Source: Candidatus Poribacteria bacterium
Lineage (GTDB): Bacteria; Poribacteria; WGA-4E; WGA-3G
Reading direction: 5' to 3'
Length of the DNA stretch: 64,000 nt
NCBI GenBank assembly: GCA_963663765.2
Contig: CAXXUA010000013.1
Span: forward strand, 608,001 to 672,000
The notes under the pieces are model-generated. The model worked only from the letters and a program-made list of their open reading frames with translations. It was not told where the DNA came from and searched no databases. A program made the translations under genes and the position numbers. Below, piece by piece: positions 62,065 through 64,000 of this stretch (position 1 is the first letter of the stretch; each line of letters opens with the position of its first letter).

Positions 62065-63183
62065 CTAAATTACCCCTTCGCGCTCTAAGACTTGACGGAT
62101 TTCCTCAAATGCTGCCTTTATATTCCTTTTCGGAAACCGAATCTGGACGAGTCCGTGAATATTGCTAAACTCTTCACATCCCTCTTCAAGCAAAATGATT
62201 GCCTTTTTAAAACCGAGTTTACCTTGAAATAACCCTGCTTCGTGGATAACGTTTTCACGCGCATGCAGTGTGCCATCTGTTTGTTCATCCTCAGCTGTCA
62301 ACACTAAAAATGCCATACAAGCCTGATCTAACATTTCAGCAAGACGTGCAATGTTTGTCACACCAGCAACTGGAACTCGATTAAATTCATCCCAAGGCAG
62401 TCTAAGTTTTTCGCTTATAAAATCTTTAAGTTCGCGCCAGTCTTGTGAACGTCCATGTCCGATAAAAATATTTGTTCCAATTCTATTCAATTTAGCAGTG
62501 CTTCTTTCAAGGTTTTGTATGTGGTTAGCCAGTGTTACAATCTGCTTTTTTAATTCTTTACAAGATTGGAAAGGTTGTTTTACGGCATAAATTTGCGTTA
62601 AGATTTGTACGTGTGGAGGGATTTGTTGACCTTCAGCAACAGCTCTTTTGTCCCTAGTTATCTTTTTACCTTGCGGTAGGTGTTCTTGTATGATAGATTT
62701 ATGAAGTAGTATTTCTAATACTTCGATTTTTTCGATCAAACTTTTTAAGTGTGTATCATTTTCAAAATGATTTCCGGACGCTATAGAAAGAACTGAAGAC
62801 TTTACTCTTTCAAATACTTCCTGAGCCTTTTCAGCATCAGCATTAGATATCTCACTAGTAAGGATTCCAGCACTTTCTCTTATGTATTTTTCTACATCCT
62901 CAAAACTGTATTCAACCCAACCTTTAAGAGATTGTGAAGGAATACCAAATAGACCGTCCAATCCCCATTCAAAGTCAAAAGACACTCCTGGTGGAGGTAC
63001 ATGAAAGTTGGAATAGTATACCCGAGAGTGGTAACCAAGCATAGACCTTGACCATGATTTTCCAACATTTTCCGCTGCTTCTGCAAGTGCATCTAATTCC
63101 GGAGTCTCATAGTCTACAAATTTATCTAGTTGGCTTGCGATATCAAGTAATTCTTTTGAAATTGACACGGCAACCTCTTTCAA
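62065..63183 (-). CDS. TIR-like domain protein (CAP12/Pycsar-type TIR) with an unknown N-terminal domain
   Basis: IFIGHG...AFLVLTAED...ARENVIHEAGLFQG; true start may be GTG at 63168. Confidence 0.85.
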   Translation of the reverse strand: MKEVAVSISKELLDIASQLDKFVDYETPELDALAEAAENVGKSWSRSMLGYHSRVYYSNFHVPPPGVSFDFEWGLDGLFGIPSQSLKGWVEYSFEDVEKYIRESAGILTSEISNADAEKAQEVFERVKSSVLSIASGNHFENDTHLKSLIEKIEVLEILLHKSIIQEHLPQGKKITRDKRAVAEGQQIPPHVQILTQIYAVKQPFQSCKELKKQIVTLANHIQNLERSTAKLNRIGTNIFIGHGRSQDWRELKDFISEKLRLPWDEFNRVPVAGVTNIARLAEMLDQACMAFLVLTAEDEQTDGTLHARENVIHEAGLFQGKLGFKKAIILLEEGCEEFSNIHGLVQIRFPKRNIKAAFEEIRQVLEREGVI

Positions 63184-63293
63184 CTGTTTATTGGAAAAGC
63201 GGTTTCTTCAATTGAGAAATTAATTTTTCATTCATTTAGTGTATTTTCAAGTCAAAGAGATTTTAGGTCTGAAAAGGTTTGTCTTTGAATAGT

Positions 63294-64000
63294 CTAAATC
63301 ACTTCTTCACGCTCCAAGACTTGACGGATCTCCTCAAATGCTGCCTTAATATTCTTTTTTGGAAACCGAATCTGACAGAGTCCATGAATGTTGCTAAATA
63401 CTTCACAACCCTCTTCAAGCAAAATGATTGCTTTTTCAAAGCCGAGTCTGCCTTGAAATAAACCTGCCTCGTGAACGACATTTTCGTGTGCACGCATCTT
63501 GCCATCGGGTTGTTCATCTTCTGCTGTCATTATTAGGAATGCCATACACGTTCGATCTAACATTTCTTTAAGGCGTTCCTGGGTCCCTATACCTGCTGCC
63601 GAAGCACGATTAAACTCATCATAAGGCAGATCAAGTCTCTCACTTATAAAATCTTTGAGTTCACGCCAGACGTAGGAATGTCCATGACCAATAAAAATAT
63701 GTTTTCCATTTTCCATAGGGGTATGTGAAGGTGTTTCTAATAGTTCTTCAAACAGTTCAAGTCTGTCACGGATTCCTTCCAGACTGCTGAGACTATTTGC
63801 CATATATTTCCTAAACTGTTCAATTTTATATTGCACATAACCTTCGTAGTCGTTTACGTAGTTCATAATTAGATGACTGTCAAAATCATCATGACTAAGA
63901 TCTTCATAGATATAATCTTCATAATCCTTTGCAATCACTGAACTTTCAAATAAGTTAACTAAAAGATCTTTGTTGTATATTGACCAATTGATGGTTTTTT
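63294..64000 (-). CDS. Second TIR-like domain protein with a different N-terminal domain (5' partial)
   Basis: IFIGHG...AHENVVHEAGLFQG; the frame stays open to the window edge (KTINWSIYNKDLLVNLFESS...). Confidence 0.85.
   Translation of the reverse strand, partial: KTINWSIYNKDLLVNLFESSVIAKDYEDYIYEDLSHDDFDSHLIMNYVNDYEGYVQYKIEQFRKYMANSLSSLEGIRDRLELFEELLETPSHTPMENGKHIFIGHGHSYVWRELKDFISERLDLPYDEFNRASAAGIGTQERLKEMLDRTCMAFLIMTAEDEQPDGKMRAHENVVHEAGLFQGRLGFEKAIILLEEGCEVFSNIHGLCQIRFPKKNIKAAFEEIRQVLEREEVI

Noticed and set aside
1-64000. tRNA, rRNA or riboswitch
   Set aside because: None recognised by eye; a covariance-model search was not possible

Overview
Bacterial window of moderate GC. The gene content points to Candidatus Poribacteria, a sponge symbiont (inference from the LRR/cadherin giant proteins with an NYPNPFNPETWIPYQL C-terminal domain, an ECF-sigma/propeller fusion and an NHL protein). 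Positions 1-39448 hold a tandem array of four paralogous giant secreted LRR+cadherin proteins on the minus strand (three complete at 3218-3387 aa, the first running off the window), downstream of a perfect sigma70 promoter. Next come an ECF sigma factor fused to a beta-propeller, a metal-uptake operon (His-rich CxxC/RAPP leader peptide, His/Asp-rich lipoprotein, ZnuD-like TonB receptor, MerC-like protein), glutamate dehydrogenase, an NHL protein, a STAS + sigma-70 pair, several MITE-disrupted pseudogenes, and a defence island (type III R-M preceded by two TIR-domain paralogues). The intergenic regions carry a deeply nested set of GTAG-type REPs and at least seven families of non-autonomous elements. 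One family inserts into REP hairpins and duplicates 19-20 bp of the hairpin, giving a CRISPR-like repeat-insert-repeat geometry; another is only 34-36 bp long. All calls are by eye from the sequence and ORF track; no database search was run.
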